This document shows, one piece after another, positions 41,120 to 52,000 of a DNA stretch of 64,000 nucleotides. The stretch lies in the NCBI GenBank assembly GCA_963933905.1, contig CAWVWS010000002.1:8382-72381 (forward strand). Direction: 5' to 3'. A model generated the notes under the pieces. That model searched no databases. It had not been told where the DNA came from and was given only the letters and a program-made list of their open reading frames with translations. The DNA is from an uncultured Sulfitobacter sp. GTDB lineage: Bacteria > Pseudomonadota > Alphaproteobacteria > Rhodobacterales > Rhodobacteraceae. The first letter of the stretch is position 1, and every line of letters begins with the position of its first letter. The position numbers were made by a program, and so were the translations under genes.

Positions 41120-43881
41120 TGGTTCTGGGGGGCGTCGGGTTCACCGCGCCGTGGATTTTGCTGGCGCTTGGCGCTTTGCCCATGCTTTGGCTGCTGCTGC
41201 GTGCTGTTCCCCCCGCCCCGATCAAGCGCCACTTCCCTGGTGTGGCTCTGCTCCTCGGTCTCAAGGATGACGAGACTGTCTCCGACCGCACACCGTGGTG
41301 GCTGTTGCTGCTGCGGATGCTGGCGATTGCCGCAATTATCATCGGGCTCGCTGGCCCCGTTCTTAATCCCGAGGCCGAGCAGGCCGAAGGTGACGGCCCG
41401 ATCCTGTTTGTCCTTGATGGCTCATGGGCAGGTGCAACCCGCTGGCCCCAACAACAAGAAGCGATAGAGGCGCAGCTGACACGCGCCAGCCGCCTTGGTC
41501 GCACTGTTGGTTTCCTGACCCTGACCAGACCTGCGGAACCCGTGTTCCAGTCGGCAGATGTCTGGCGCAGCCGTCTTGCGGGCCTTGCTCCCGCCCCGTG
41601 GCAGCCCAGCCCCGAAATGCTGGAGCGTGCCCGTGTCGCAATCGCCGACGTTGGCAACTTTGATACGCTTTGGTTCAGCGATACGCTGGGCTATGAGGGG
41701 CGCGGCACATTGCTCAAAACGCTACAGCAGCGGGGAACTTTAGAGGCCTATAAGACGGCTGTGAATGTTCTCGCGATCCTTCCCGCAACGTATGAGGACG
41801 GCGCGGTTCAGCTGCGTATTCTTCGCGCCACGGCAGGGGCAGAACGTGAAGTTATCATACAGGCACAGGGTCGTGATCCTGCGGGCAATGGCCGAATCCT
41901 TGCCTCCGCCACTGCCATATTCGAGGAAGGCGCCACCGAGGCGCAAACGGCTCTTGTTCTTCCCTCCGAACTTCGTGCGCGCATCACACGGTTTGATATT
42001 GCAGGACAACGCTCCGCAGGAGCCAGCACGCTGAGCGATGACGGGTTGCGCCGCCGCGAAGTCGCCCTGATTTCCGCCCGTGAGAGCCGCGAAGGTTTGG
42101 AGCTTTTGTCACCGCTACACTACATTGAGCAGGCTTTGGCACCTACGGCTGATCTGTTGGATGGCTCTCTCGGGGATGTCCTGCCTGCCAATCCCGATGT
42201 GATTGTGCTAGCTGATATCGCGACGCTATCCGAAGCAGAAACCACCCCCCTGACCGAGTGGATCGAGAGTGGCGGGATGTTGGTGCGTTTTGCAGGACCA
42301 CGCATCGCCGCGAGTGATATTTCCCGCATTGACGAGGATCCGCTGATGCCTGTCCGCCTTCGCGCCGGTGGGCGAAGTGTAGGCGGGGCAATGAGCTGGG
42401 GGGAGCCAAAGGCACTTTCACCTTTCTCGAACGGCTCTCCCTTCTTTGGCCTGAACATACCCGACGATGTTACCGTGAGTGCTCAGGTCATGGCGCAGCC
42501 TGATCCGACACTGGCAGAGCGCGTCATCGCGTCGCTGAGTGACGGCACACCATTGGTCACGCGCAAGAATGTAGGTCAGGGCCAGATCGTTTTGTTTCAC
42601 GTAACTGCCACAGCGGAATGGTCTACGCTGCCCTTGTCAGGATTGTTTGTCGAGATGATGGAACGGTTGGCGATTTCATCCTCTGCGGCGAGCACGTCGG
42701 TCACTGCACTCGAAGGCACCACATGGATACCCCGCCGTGTGCTCAACGGATTTGGAACGCTAACCGATGCTGGCACATTGCCAGGTGTGGACGGCCCCAT
42801 TCTTGTCAAAGCGCCAACAGGACCGATGCTGCCGCCCGGACTTTATACCTCTGGCGATCGCACATTGGCGCGCAATGTACTCACTGCTGACAGCACGCTT
42901 ATGCGCGCCACATGGCCGGCAGACATTCCCGTTCGTGGCCTCGCAGTTGCTCCTGAACAGCCCGTGGCGGGATGGCTTTTGAGCCTCGCAATACTTCTGC
43001 TGTTGGCGGACGTTGTCGTGTCGCTTTCCTTGTCAGGCCGACTGCTGAGCCGCAGCAATGCCACCGCAACTGTTTTCGGGGCGCTGCTGTTGCTTGGTAT
43101 GCCTGCCGATGCGCAAACTGCCGAGGAAGAATTCGCGCTGTCCGCTACCGCAGAGCTGACATTGGGTCATGTCATTACAGGCGATGCGCAAGTCGATGAA
43201 GTAGCCCTCGCAGGACTCACAGGACTGAGCGACACATTGTTCTTTCGAACTTCGGTAGAGCCGTCTGCCCCGCTCGGCGTGAACATCGAGACGGACGAAT
43301 TGGCCTTCTTTCCAATCCTCTATTGGCCCATCACGCCGCGCCAGCCGACTCCCTCGGCCGATGCCTATGCAAAGCTCAACAACTACCTGCGCTCGGGCGG
43401 GATGATCCTATTTGATACACGCGATGCCGACACGGCCAGCTTTGGCGCCTCAAGCCCGAATGGCCGCAAGCTTCAAGAGCTGGCTGCACCCCTCGATATC
43501 CCTGCGTTAGAGCCGCTTCCCAGTGATCATGTCATCACGCGCACATTCTATCTGCTTCAGGATTTTCCAGGGCGGCACAACAGCCGTGACGTCTGGGTCG
43601 AAGCCGCTGATCCCAATGCGGAACAGATCGAAGGCATGCCATTCCGCGACCTGAACGATGGGGTCACACCCGTAGTGATTGGCGGTAATGATTGGGCCGC
43701 AGCATGGGCAGTGACTTCAAATGGTGCGCCAATGCTTCCCGTTGGGCGCGGGTTTAGTGGTGAGCGCCAGCGCGAGATCGCCTACCGCTTTGGCATCAAT
43801 CTGGTGATGCATGTGCTGACGGGCAATTATAAATCAGATCAGGTCCATGTGCCTGCTCTTTTGGATCGGTTGGGCCAATGA
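41116..43881 (+). CDS. BatA-N/vWA-like/DUF4159 membrane protein
   Basis: N-terminal FTAPWILL...TPWWLLLLR; C-terminal RFGINLVMHVLTGNYKSDQVH. Confidence 0.88.
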   Translation: MMVLGGVGFTAPWILLALGALPMLWLLLRAVPPAPIKRHFPGVALLLGLKDDETVSDRTPWWLLLLRMLAIAAIIIGLAGPVLNPEAEQAEGDGPILFVLDGSWAGATRWPQQQEAIEAQLTRASRLGRTVGFLTLTRPAEPVFQSADVWRSRLAGLAPAPWQPSPEMLERARVAIADVGNFDTLWFSDTLGYEGRGTLLKTLQQRGTLEAYKTAVNVLAILPATYEDGAVQLRILRATAGAEREVIIQAQGRDPAGNGRILASATAIFEEGATEAQTALVLPSELRARITRFDIAGQRSAGASTLSDDGLRRREVALISARESREGLELLSPLHYIEQALAPTADLLDGSLGDVLPANPDVIVLADIATLSEAETTPLTEWIESGGMLVRFAGPRIAASDISRIDEDPLMPVRLRAGGRSVGGAMSWGEPKALSPFSNGSPFFGLNIPDDVTVSAQVMAQPDPTLAERVIASLSDGTPLVTRKNVGQGQIVLFHVTATAEWSTLPLSGLFVEMMERLAISSSAASTSVTALEGTTWIPRRVLNGFGTLTDAGTLPGVDGPILVKAPTGPMLPPGLYTSGDRTLARNVLTADSTLMRATWPADIPVRGLAVAPEQPVAGWLLSLAILLLLADVVVSLSLSGRLLSRSNATATVFGALLLLGMPADAQTAEEEFALSATAELTLGHVITGDAQVDEVALAGLTGLSDTLFFRTSVEPSAPLGVNIETDELAFFPILYWPITPRQPTPSADAYAKLNNYLRSGGMILFDTRDADTASFGASSPNGRKLQELAAPLDIPALEPLPSDHVITRTFYLLQDFPGRHNSRDVWVEAADPNAEQIEGMPFRDLNDGVTPVVIGGNDWAAAWAVTSNGAPMLPVGRGFSGERQREIAYRFGINLVMHVLTGNYKSDQVHVPALLDRLGQ

Positions 43882-45920
43882 CGACGACGATAGTTTTTGA
43901 TCCCATGATCCCATGGGCGATGCTGGTGATGGTTGCCGTGATTGCAGGGCTGGGCATCTTACTTGCGCTTGTGCGCGGCCTGCACGGTTGGCCGCTACGT
44001 GCCTTGGCGGGACTGGTTGTTCTGGCCGCGCTCTCTGGCCCGTCGTTCCAACAAGAAGACCGCGCACCGCTCAGTGATATTGTCCTGATGCTGGAAGACG
44101 AAAGCGCCAGTCAGCGGCTCTCTGACCGTGCCACGCAAACTTCTGATGCTGCAAACACCCTTGCAGCACAGATCGAGGCCCGCCCCAACACAGAGTTGCG
44201 CCGCATTACCATCACCGATGGTCAAGGGGACGCCGGTACCGAATTGATGACAGCGCTGACCGAAGCCTTGGCCGAGGAGCCACGCGCACGGGTTGCGGGA
44301 ATTGTCGCGCTGACGGACGGGCGCGTGCATGACGCCGATCTCCCGATTGATCTGCCCGCCCCGTTTCACGTGCTGCTCAGCGGTAAAGAGGCAGATTGGG
44401 ACCGCCGCCTGAGTGTGATTGGCGCACCTGCCTTTGCCATTATCGGCGAGCCTGTCGTGCTCACCCTTCGGATTGACGATCTGGGCGCCGCTCCCGCGGG
44501 AGAGCCCTTCGCAGACCTTGATATCTCCATCGATGGAGAGGATGCGCAACGCTTCAGCGTGCCTATCGGTCAAGACCTCGAGCTGCCTGTCACTCTGCCC
44601 CATGGTGGGCGCAACGTTATCCGCTTCTCCCTGCCAGAGGCAGAGGGAGAGTTGACCGACAGAAACAACGCCGCCGTGATACAGATGAACGGCGTGCGGG
44701 ATCGTCTGCGCGTCCTGCTGGTAAGCGGTGAACCTCATGCAGGCGGCCGCACATGGCGCAACCTGCTCAAGTCCGACAGCTCGGTCGATCTGGTACACTT
44801 TACGATTCTGCGCCCACCAGAAAAACAGGATGGCGTACCCGTGTCAGAGCTGTCGCTCATCGCGTTTCCGACCCGCGAACTGTTTATGGAAAAGATTGAT
44901 GATTTCGATCTCATTATCTTTGACCGCTACAAACGGCGCGGCATCCTGCCGTCACTCTATCTTGAGAATATCGCCCAATATGTGCGTGCCGGCGGCGCGG
45001 TTCTGGTTTCCGCCGGCCCTGACTTTGCCAGTGCAGACAGCTTGTTCCGCTCACCCTTGGGCGCAGTGCTGCCCGCCACGCCAACCGCCCGTGTGATTGA
45101 GGAACCTTACCTGCCGCTGGTCCCCGACCTAGGTAACCGCCATCCCGTTACCGCAGATCTGCCACAAAACGGGGAGTGGGGCCGCTGGCTTCGGCAGATT
45201 GATATCACGGCCACTTCTGGAAATATCGTCATGACAGGGGTTGAGGATCGCCCCCTACTGATCCTTGACCGCGTAGACGAGGGGCGTGTTGCCCTGCTGG
45301 CGTCTGATCATGCATGGCTTTGGAACCGCGGCTATGAGGGGGGTGGGCCACAGCTCGAACTCCTCCGCCGATTGGCCCATTGGATGATGGGAGAACCAGA
45401 ACTGGAAGAAGAAGCGCTGACCGCCAATGCAATTGGCCAGACCATGCGGATTGAACGCCGCACCCTGAGTGAAGAAGTACCACCGCTCACGATTACTGGA
45501 CCTGATGGGACGGTTACCGAATTGGAGCTTTCACCCTCCGCCCCTGGTCGGTTTGAAACCACGTTCACCGGCCCCGAGATTGGGCTCTACCGTCTCGAGA
45601 ATGGTGACCAGTTGAGTGTGATCGGCCTTGGCCCTGCCGCACCACGCGACTTTGTGGAAACCATCGCGGATGCCACCGTGCTGGAGCCTGTAATCACCGC
45701 CATGCGCGGCGGTGTTGTCCGCCTTGAGGATGGCCTACCCAGTGTGCGCAACGTCCGCACAGGCCGTCCTGCTGCGGGGCGCGGCTGGATCGGGTTAACG
45801 CCCCGCGCCGCCTATGAAACCCGTGATGTACGCCAAACGCCGATTTTGCCTGCATGGCTGGTTCTGTTGCTGAGTGCAGGACTGATCACTGCCGCATGGC
45901 TGCGCGAAGGACGCCGCTAA
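43878..45920 (+). CDS. Membrane protein with vWA-like and glutamine amidotransferase-like domains (MoxR operon partner)
   Basis: DESAS MIDAS-like motif, LTDG and VDLVHFTILRPPEKQDG; terminal TM segments. Confidence 0.82.
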   Translation: MTTTIVFDPMIPWAMLVMVAVIAGLGILLALVRGLHGWPLRALAGLVVLAALSGPSFQQEDRAPLSDIVLMLEDESASQRLSDRATQTSDAANTLAAQIEARPNTELRRITITDGQGDAGTELMTALTEALAEEPRARVAGIVALTDGRVHDADLPIDLPAPFHVLLSGKEADWDRRLSVIGAPAFAIIGEPVVLTLRIDDLGAAPAGEPFADLDISIDGEDAQRFSVPIGQDLELPVTLPHGGRNVIRFSLPEAEGELTDRNNAAVIQMNGVRDRLRVLLVSGEPHAGGRTWRNLLKSDSSVDLVHFTILRPPEKQDGVPVSELSLIAFPTRELFMEKIDDFDLIIFDRYKRRGILPSLYLENIAQYVRAGGAVLVSAGPDFASADSLFRSPLGAVLPATPTARVIEEPYLPLVPDLGNRHPVTADLPQNGEWGRWLRQIDITATSGNIVMTGVEDRPLLILDRVDEGRVALLASDHAWLWNRGYEGGGPQLELLRRLAHWMMGEPELEEEALTANAIGQTMRIERRTLSEEVPPLTITGPDGTVTELELSPSAPGRFETTFTGPEIGLYRLENGDQLSVIGLGPAAPRDFVETIADATVLEPVITAMRGGVVRLEDGLPSVRNVRTGRPAAGRGWIGLTPRAAYETRDVRQTPILPAWLVLLLSAGLITAAWLREGRR

Positions 45921-45925
45921 GGGCA

Positions 45926-46068
45926 ATGATGATCCGCGATTTGCGCAGTGAAGATTTTGACGATGCGCTAGGCTCTACCGCATACTTACCCGCGATCCGG
46001 TGCCGGTCAGTGACGATCCTGATGCTTTCGATGCAGTGCTGCGCCATGATGGCACGGTCTTATCCTGA
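45926..46068 (+). pseudogene. Truncated, frameshifted GNAT acetyltransferase N-terminal remnant
   Basis: MMIRDLRSEDFDDAL / (frameshift) LYRILTRDPVPVSDDPDAFDAVLRHDGTVLS*; typical GNAT N-terminus with no acetyl-CoA-binding motif. Confidence 0.6.
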
Positions 46069-46072
46069 GGTT

Positions 46073-46984
46073 CTAAAGCAGGATATACGCCCAGAATGGT
46101 AAGGCCAGTAACGACACGACGACCTGCCATGTCATGATATCCGCATAAAGGTCCGCGTCCCCGCCCATCTGCTTGGCGATGATATACCCATTTGAAGCAG
46201 CAGGCGCGGCAAAGACCAAAACCCCCGCAAAAACCTGCGCCGCTGGCAGCCCAATCCAAAGACCGAACATCACAAAGATGCTTGAGGCCGCGATGGGCCG
46301 CATCACCACACCCAGACACACCCGCCAGTCCAGCCGCGTCAATCTGCGCAGGCTGATCCCTGCACCGACTGCCATCAGGCCGACGCCCAAAGCACCCCGC
46401 CCGATCATATCAAGCGCCTCAACCACAGGGACAGGCAGGGACATCCCGCTAAAGTTCAGCATCAGGCCAATGACACAAGCCTGCACCATTGGATTGCGAA
46501 CAAGCGTGTTCAATACTTTCGCCACACTCGCCTTTGACGGACCAAAAGCGGCCGAAACTACGATACAAGTGATGTTGATCATCGGGATCAGCACAGCAAT
46601 CGCGACAGCCAGCACTGCCAAACCACCATCCAAAAACTGCTCTGCGGCGGCAAGGGCGACAAAGGCATTCCAACGAACACCCCCCTGAAACAACGATGTG
46701 AAGGCGGGGTTGTCCAGCATCGTTTTCGGCAACAATCGAAGGGACAGCAATAGTATGGTGATGACCAGAAATGTCCCGACAAGTGCCAAACCAAAGCCGC
46801 CAAACCGCTCCAGCGACAGGTCGGATCGCGCAATGGCAAGGATAAGGGTCGCGGGGATCAACCCTCTGAAGGACAGTGTCTCAATCGCGGCCCATCCCGC
46901 GCGGGGAATCATTGATGATTTGGCAAGCACGTAACCAGCGGCAAGGATCAACAGCAGAGGAAGGACTGACAAAGCAAGAGACAT
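46073..46984 (-). CDS. AEC family transporter
   Basis: RWNAFVALA, RNPMV and AASNGYIIAKQMGGDA. Confidence 0.88.
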   Translation of the reverse strand: MSLALSVLPLLLILAAGYVLAKSSMIPRAGWAAIETLSFRGLIPATLILAIARSDLSLERFGGFGLALVGTFLVITILLLSLRLLPKTMLDNPAFTSLFQGGVRWNAFVALAAAEQFLDGGLAVLAVAIAVLIPMINITCIVVSAAFGPSKASVAKVLNTLVRNPMVQACVIGLMLNFSGMSLPVPVVEALDMIGRGALGVGLMAVGAGISLRRLTRLDWRVCLGVVMRPIAASSIFVMFGLWIGLPAAQVFAGVLVFAAPAASNGYIIAKQMGGDADLYADIMTWQVVVSLLALPFWAYILL

Positions 46985-47011
46985 GACTGTGCTGTGCCTC
47001 CCGCCTCACGC

Positions 47012-49045
47012 TTAGTCCAGACGAATTTCCACACTGTCACTGCGCCCGCGCGCATCCACAACGGAGATACGAGTAAAACCTGCCTGCTCAAGCGGAAAAA
47101 CCACATCGCGGCCGCGCAGCTCGGTCATAATAGGAAAGCCATCCACCAAAATAGTTAACGGCAATACCCCTTGGCGCAACTTGAGCGGGACACCAAATCC
47201 ACTGTTCCTCAGGACGGCACCATCCGGAGGGAAAGCCACAACAGGACTGTTAGGATCAGCGACAAACGCCGAATTTCGGCTTTGAAACGTGCGGAGCTGC
47301 TGGGGCAGATACGCCGTGCCGAGGATGAGGGCATCTGCAGGAGGTGGCGGTAACGGGACACGAAGCGCCCCAATATGGCCAAAAGCCTCAAACAGGATCG
47401 GAGCAGCCAATGCACCCCCGAACGCCCCCGGAACAGGGGTACCATCAGGACGCCCGAGCCAAACACCGACCACATGCTGGCCATCAAATCCGATCGCCCA
47501 CGCGTCACGGTGCCCGTAAGAAGTGCCCGTCTTATATGCAATTTGCCCTACGGCATCCGCACTCCCCTGCGGGGGGGCAATTCCCGACAGGATATGCCCG
47601 ACCTGCCACGCCGCTACGGGCGACATAAAACGTTTAAGCGGAGCACCATCACCTTGCTTTTGTACATGCAAAGGAACGCCGCGGCCCCCTTGTGCAATCC
47701 CTGCATAAAGCTGGACAAGGTCGGTCAAACTCATTCCCACTCCGCCAAGAGCCACGGCAAGGCCAGCCTCTCCCGATGGCAGTTGCGGCTGTGTTCCTGC
47801 ACGACGCAGACCTGACATCAACCGCGCCGCCCCCAACTCATGCGTGAGCAGGACAGGCGGGATGTTCAGAGAGAGTGTAAGGGCGTCCCGCACCGTGAGC
47901 ATGCCACGGAACTGCCCGTCAAAATTCTGTGGCGCGTAGCTGCCAAAGGCGATGGGCGCATCGTTGATTAGCGTGTCGGGATGCACAAGCCCCTCATCAA
48001 ACGCGAGACCGTAAACAAGCGGCTTGAGCGTAGACCCAGGTGAACGGAGCGCAGTCGTCATATCAACAAACCCGAGTGCGCCTTCGGCACCCGTAAAGGC
48101 AGGCGATCCCACATGTGCAATAATCTCGCCGCTCTTATGATCGGCAACTAATATCGCCGCAGAGACACCGTCTGCCTGCCCCGCAACCGCGCGGCGTGCC
48201 AATGCTTCGATCTTGCGCTGCAATTGCACATGAAGGGTTGTGTCATGGCGCAATTGAGCAGGCGATTCGCGCCTCAATACCGCCGCCAGATGCGGGGCAT
48301 GCTGTGGCAAAGGATGTATCGCGCGTGGCACATCGGATTGGTTCAAATCAGGCGGCAGATCAAGCCGCGCCAGAACCCGCGCCCGCGCCGCACGCGCCTC
48401 CTGCGGATGGCGGTCAGAGCGGCGCGCCTCGGGGGATTGTGGAAGGGCGATCAGCAGAGCGGCTTGCGCCTGAGTGAGGCGCAATGGCTCTTTCCCAAAC
48501 CAAGCATGGCTGGCGGCACGAACCCCCTCAATGGAACTGCCCTAGGGCGCATGATGCAGATACAGCGTCAGGATGTCCTCTTTGCTCAGCCGCTGCTCCA
48601 ACGCGAGTGCCACGCGAATTTGCCGCAACTTTCCCGCACGGCTGCCTGTGCCGGAGTTTTCCAACAAACGCGCAACTTGCATGGTGAGCGTGGAAGCGCC
48701 CGAAACGATTTCGCCGTGCCAGACCGCTTGTCCCGCCGCCCGCACCATGGCGCGCAGATCGATGCCCTTGTGATCAAAGAACCGCTTGTCCTCATAGGCG
48801 ATCAGCATTGCGATGAACTGGGGGTCGACCTGTTGCAACTTCACGCCGAGGCGCATGCGGCCGTTCTCAACCGCAAAGGCGCGTAGCAACGTGCCGTCAT
48901 GCGCACGTACCTCCGCCCCCACCTCTGACAGGACGGACGGAAGATCTGTCTGCGCAACCCATTGCTCGAACCTGCTATGGATCAAAAGAGCGACGCCAAG
49001 GGCAACTGCCATTACAGCCAGCGTGGTGGTGGCGCCTCGTTTCAT
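47012..49045 (-). pseudogene. pbpC: Penicillin-binding protein 1C with an in-frame TAG at 48542-48544
   Basis: Transglycosylase motifs EDKRF and GASTLTMQVARL; transpeptidase motifs STLK, SLN and KTG; both ORFs share a frame and read HAP*GSSIEGV (expected APYG); 678 codons. Confidence 0.92.
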
Positions 49046-52000
49046 TCTGTGACGGTCAGCCGCGAAGTCGCGGTATTTGCACGGTACTCAGGGCGGTACA
49101 TGTCGGTCACCAAAGCTGCGGGGTGGTGATATGTTCTCGGACTTATTGCGCGCATGACATAGGCAAGTTGGAAACGACCCGCGCCCTCATGATCCACCGC
49201 TGTCAAAAAGCGGTCACTGCGGAACTCAACATTCTGTGGCCGCGCAACCTCGAGCCAGTCGAGGGATTTCACCGCACCACTGCGCAACAGGTTAGGGTTG
49301 TCGATCTCAAAGCCGCCAGGCAGCGGATCATCAATCATCAACCGCGCCCCGATCTTCTCGAATGATTGCACCTCAAGAACAGCAACAAGCCGTGTGCCTG
49401 TCGCGACAGGACCAGCAACCTCCTGCCCCTCTATCGTGAAATACCGCCGCGTGAGGGAGTAGCCATAGCCACCAGCCTCAGGTGCAACCTCTGGCACGCC
49501 GAATGTGGTGAGCGTCACCACTGTTGGCTCTGACGCTGTGTTGCGGATCATTTGTGTCACGGGGTTACGGTCACTGATCTGGCGCACAACATTACCCTGC
49601 AGGGTGTCGCCATCAATCTCCACTGATCCCCCCGCTTGGGACGTGCCAAGCGCATGTGCCGCCAACACAACCTGGGCGGCCTCCTGAGTAGATAAGCTGC
49701 GGGCCTGCATCTGCACCGACTGGGTCAGGCTGGTGAGATTGATCACGTTGCTGCCTGCCTCTGCCGCGAGGGTAAGAACAGCAGCACGGTCACGCAATCC
49801 GCTGCCAAAATCATCGTGCCACTGGTTGCGGTCAGGCGTGTTCAACAGCAATGCATCTGCACGGGCAAACATTAGATTGGCACGCGCTGGATCACCGTAA
49901 GCGGCAAATGCAGCCCCAAGCTGGGCCACTGCCATCGGCGTGGCAAATGCACCTGCTTTGGTATCCCCATAGTAGCGTAAATCACCCATTCGGGCACCGC
50001 CTGCACGGGCCAGAACCAGCAAGGCATAGGCAATATCCTCACCTCCTGTATCAAAGTCGGGGGCAAAGTTGATGCGGTTGCGCAGGTTATCGAGCGCCAA
50101 GGACAATGCCCGCGCGGGAACAGCATGCCCTTGCGCTTGCGCCTGCCACAAGAAGTCACTGACGTAGGCATCCAGCCAAAACGCACCCGTATCCGCACGC
50201 CACATCCCAAAAGCGCCGTTCGACGACTGCCGTGCCAGAACACGGTCGATGGATTGAGAAATCTTCGCATCAATTTCGGACGGTGTTCCTACCCCTGCGT
50301 CCTGCGCAAGGCCGCTCATATACAGTAACGGCAGCGCACCCGAAGTGACCTGTTCGGTGCAGCCGTAAGGATAGCGGTCCAACTGCCGGAGCAGACCAGG
50401 CACATCAAATCGGGCAAGCCCCCCGACATTCAAAGTTGCGCGGCCTGTCCCTGCGCGAAGGCCGGAAAGAACTGCCCCGTCAAAGGTAAACGCTTCGCCT
50501 GCGCCCAATGTAAATTGGCGTGTGGTCGCCACTTCGGGATCATTGACCCGCACAGGCATCTGCAAAATACGGCGTAAACTGTCACCCTGCGGTGTGGTAA
50601 GAACAACAGTGATTTCATGGTCCCCAATCTCGCGTGCCGATACCTCCAAGAGCAAACGCAGTGTGCTGCCTTCCGTGATATTCACCTGTTCTGGCACTTG
50701 CCCCATCGCGATACCCGCATCGGCAAATACCTCCAGATCCATCACCCCGCCTTGACCGCTGGCATGCGTCATTTCCAGCAGCAGACGACTGCTGTCTTGA
50801 GGGGCCAGAAGGCGCGGCAAGCTAGCCGTGATAACGACAGGATCACGGGCGACCACATCACTTGTTGCATTGCCTACTGCCGTCTCGGACCAAGCCACCG
50901 CCATCAAACGGATGGTCCCGTTAAACGCAGGGCGCGTCACTTCGACCACTGCACGCCCGTCAGCGCCCACAGTGACTGGACCACTGAAAAACGCCATCAA
51001 TGCTTCGGTTGGCGGCGGTGATTGAAGCTGGGCCGTTGCTGCCGCGTCACCGCCAGACCGTATCGCCCCCATCGCACCGCTGAGGCCATCAATCAACCGC
51101 CCGTAGACGTCACGCATCCCGACGCCCAAGCGGCGCTGGCCGAAATAATGTTCCGACGCATCAGGCGCGTCAAAACCGGTAAGGTTTAGAATACCCACAT
51201 CAATCGCCGCGAGCGTCACATAGGCAGTCTCACCTGTTGCGATCCCGTCGACTTTTACAGGCACGCTGAGTGTTCCGGCCTGACCGCTAACCTCGGGCAC
51301 AGCACCCAAGGTAACACCAAGCTGTTTGGCCTCTGGCAGGATCGCGGCATGCACCAGCCCGAGACTGCGCGCAGGATTGAGGCCAGCATCAACATCCATC
51401 GGTCTCACAACTGAAGCCGCGACATAAGCGCTGTTGCCCCACTCCTGAGTGACAGGCAATGCGATCAGGTTCTCACCTTCTTGTATCGCGACGCTTTGCT
51501 GATCAATCACACGGTTAGACAGGACCGATACCATAGCAACGCCGTCAAAAGGAGCGACGATTCGAAATTGTGCAGTATCACCCACTACATAGCGATCACT
51601 GTCCAAAGAAACCGCAAGGAAATCAGGTGTCGCAGAAGCATCGCCGCCTCCGTACCATCCCGAAGCCAGCAATACCGAAGAAGCCGAATAGGGCGCGGCA
51701 AGCTGCTCTATCACCAGCTCGTATTGCCCCAATTGTGTTGGCTGCGTGAGGGAGGTTGGCGCAGGGCTCAGCAACATGTCACCAGTCCCCACACGGATGC
51801 GGCGTGTGATCGGCTCCCACGCCCAGCTGCCACCGTTTTGGTACCACTGATAGCGGGTCTCGACCTTGTTAAATGTCCAGCGAACAGGCATCTCGCCGTC
51901 GGTGGAGATCACGTCGAATTCTGCATCAGCCCCTTCTGACAGCACATCGTCAAAGTTTGGTTTAATCCCGATCAGCGCACCTTCGGGCGATAGTGCTTTT

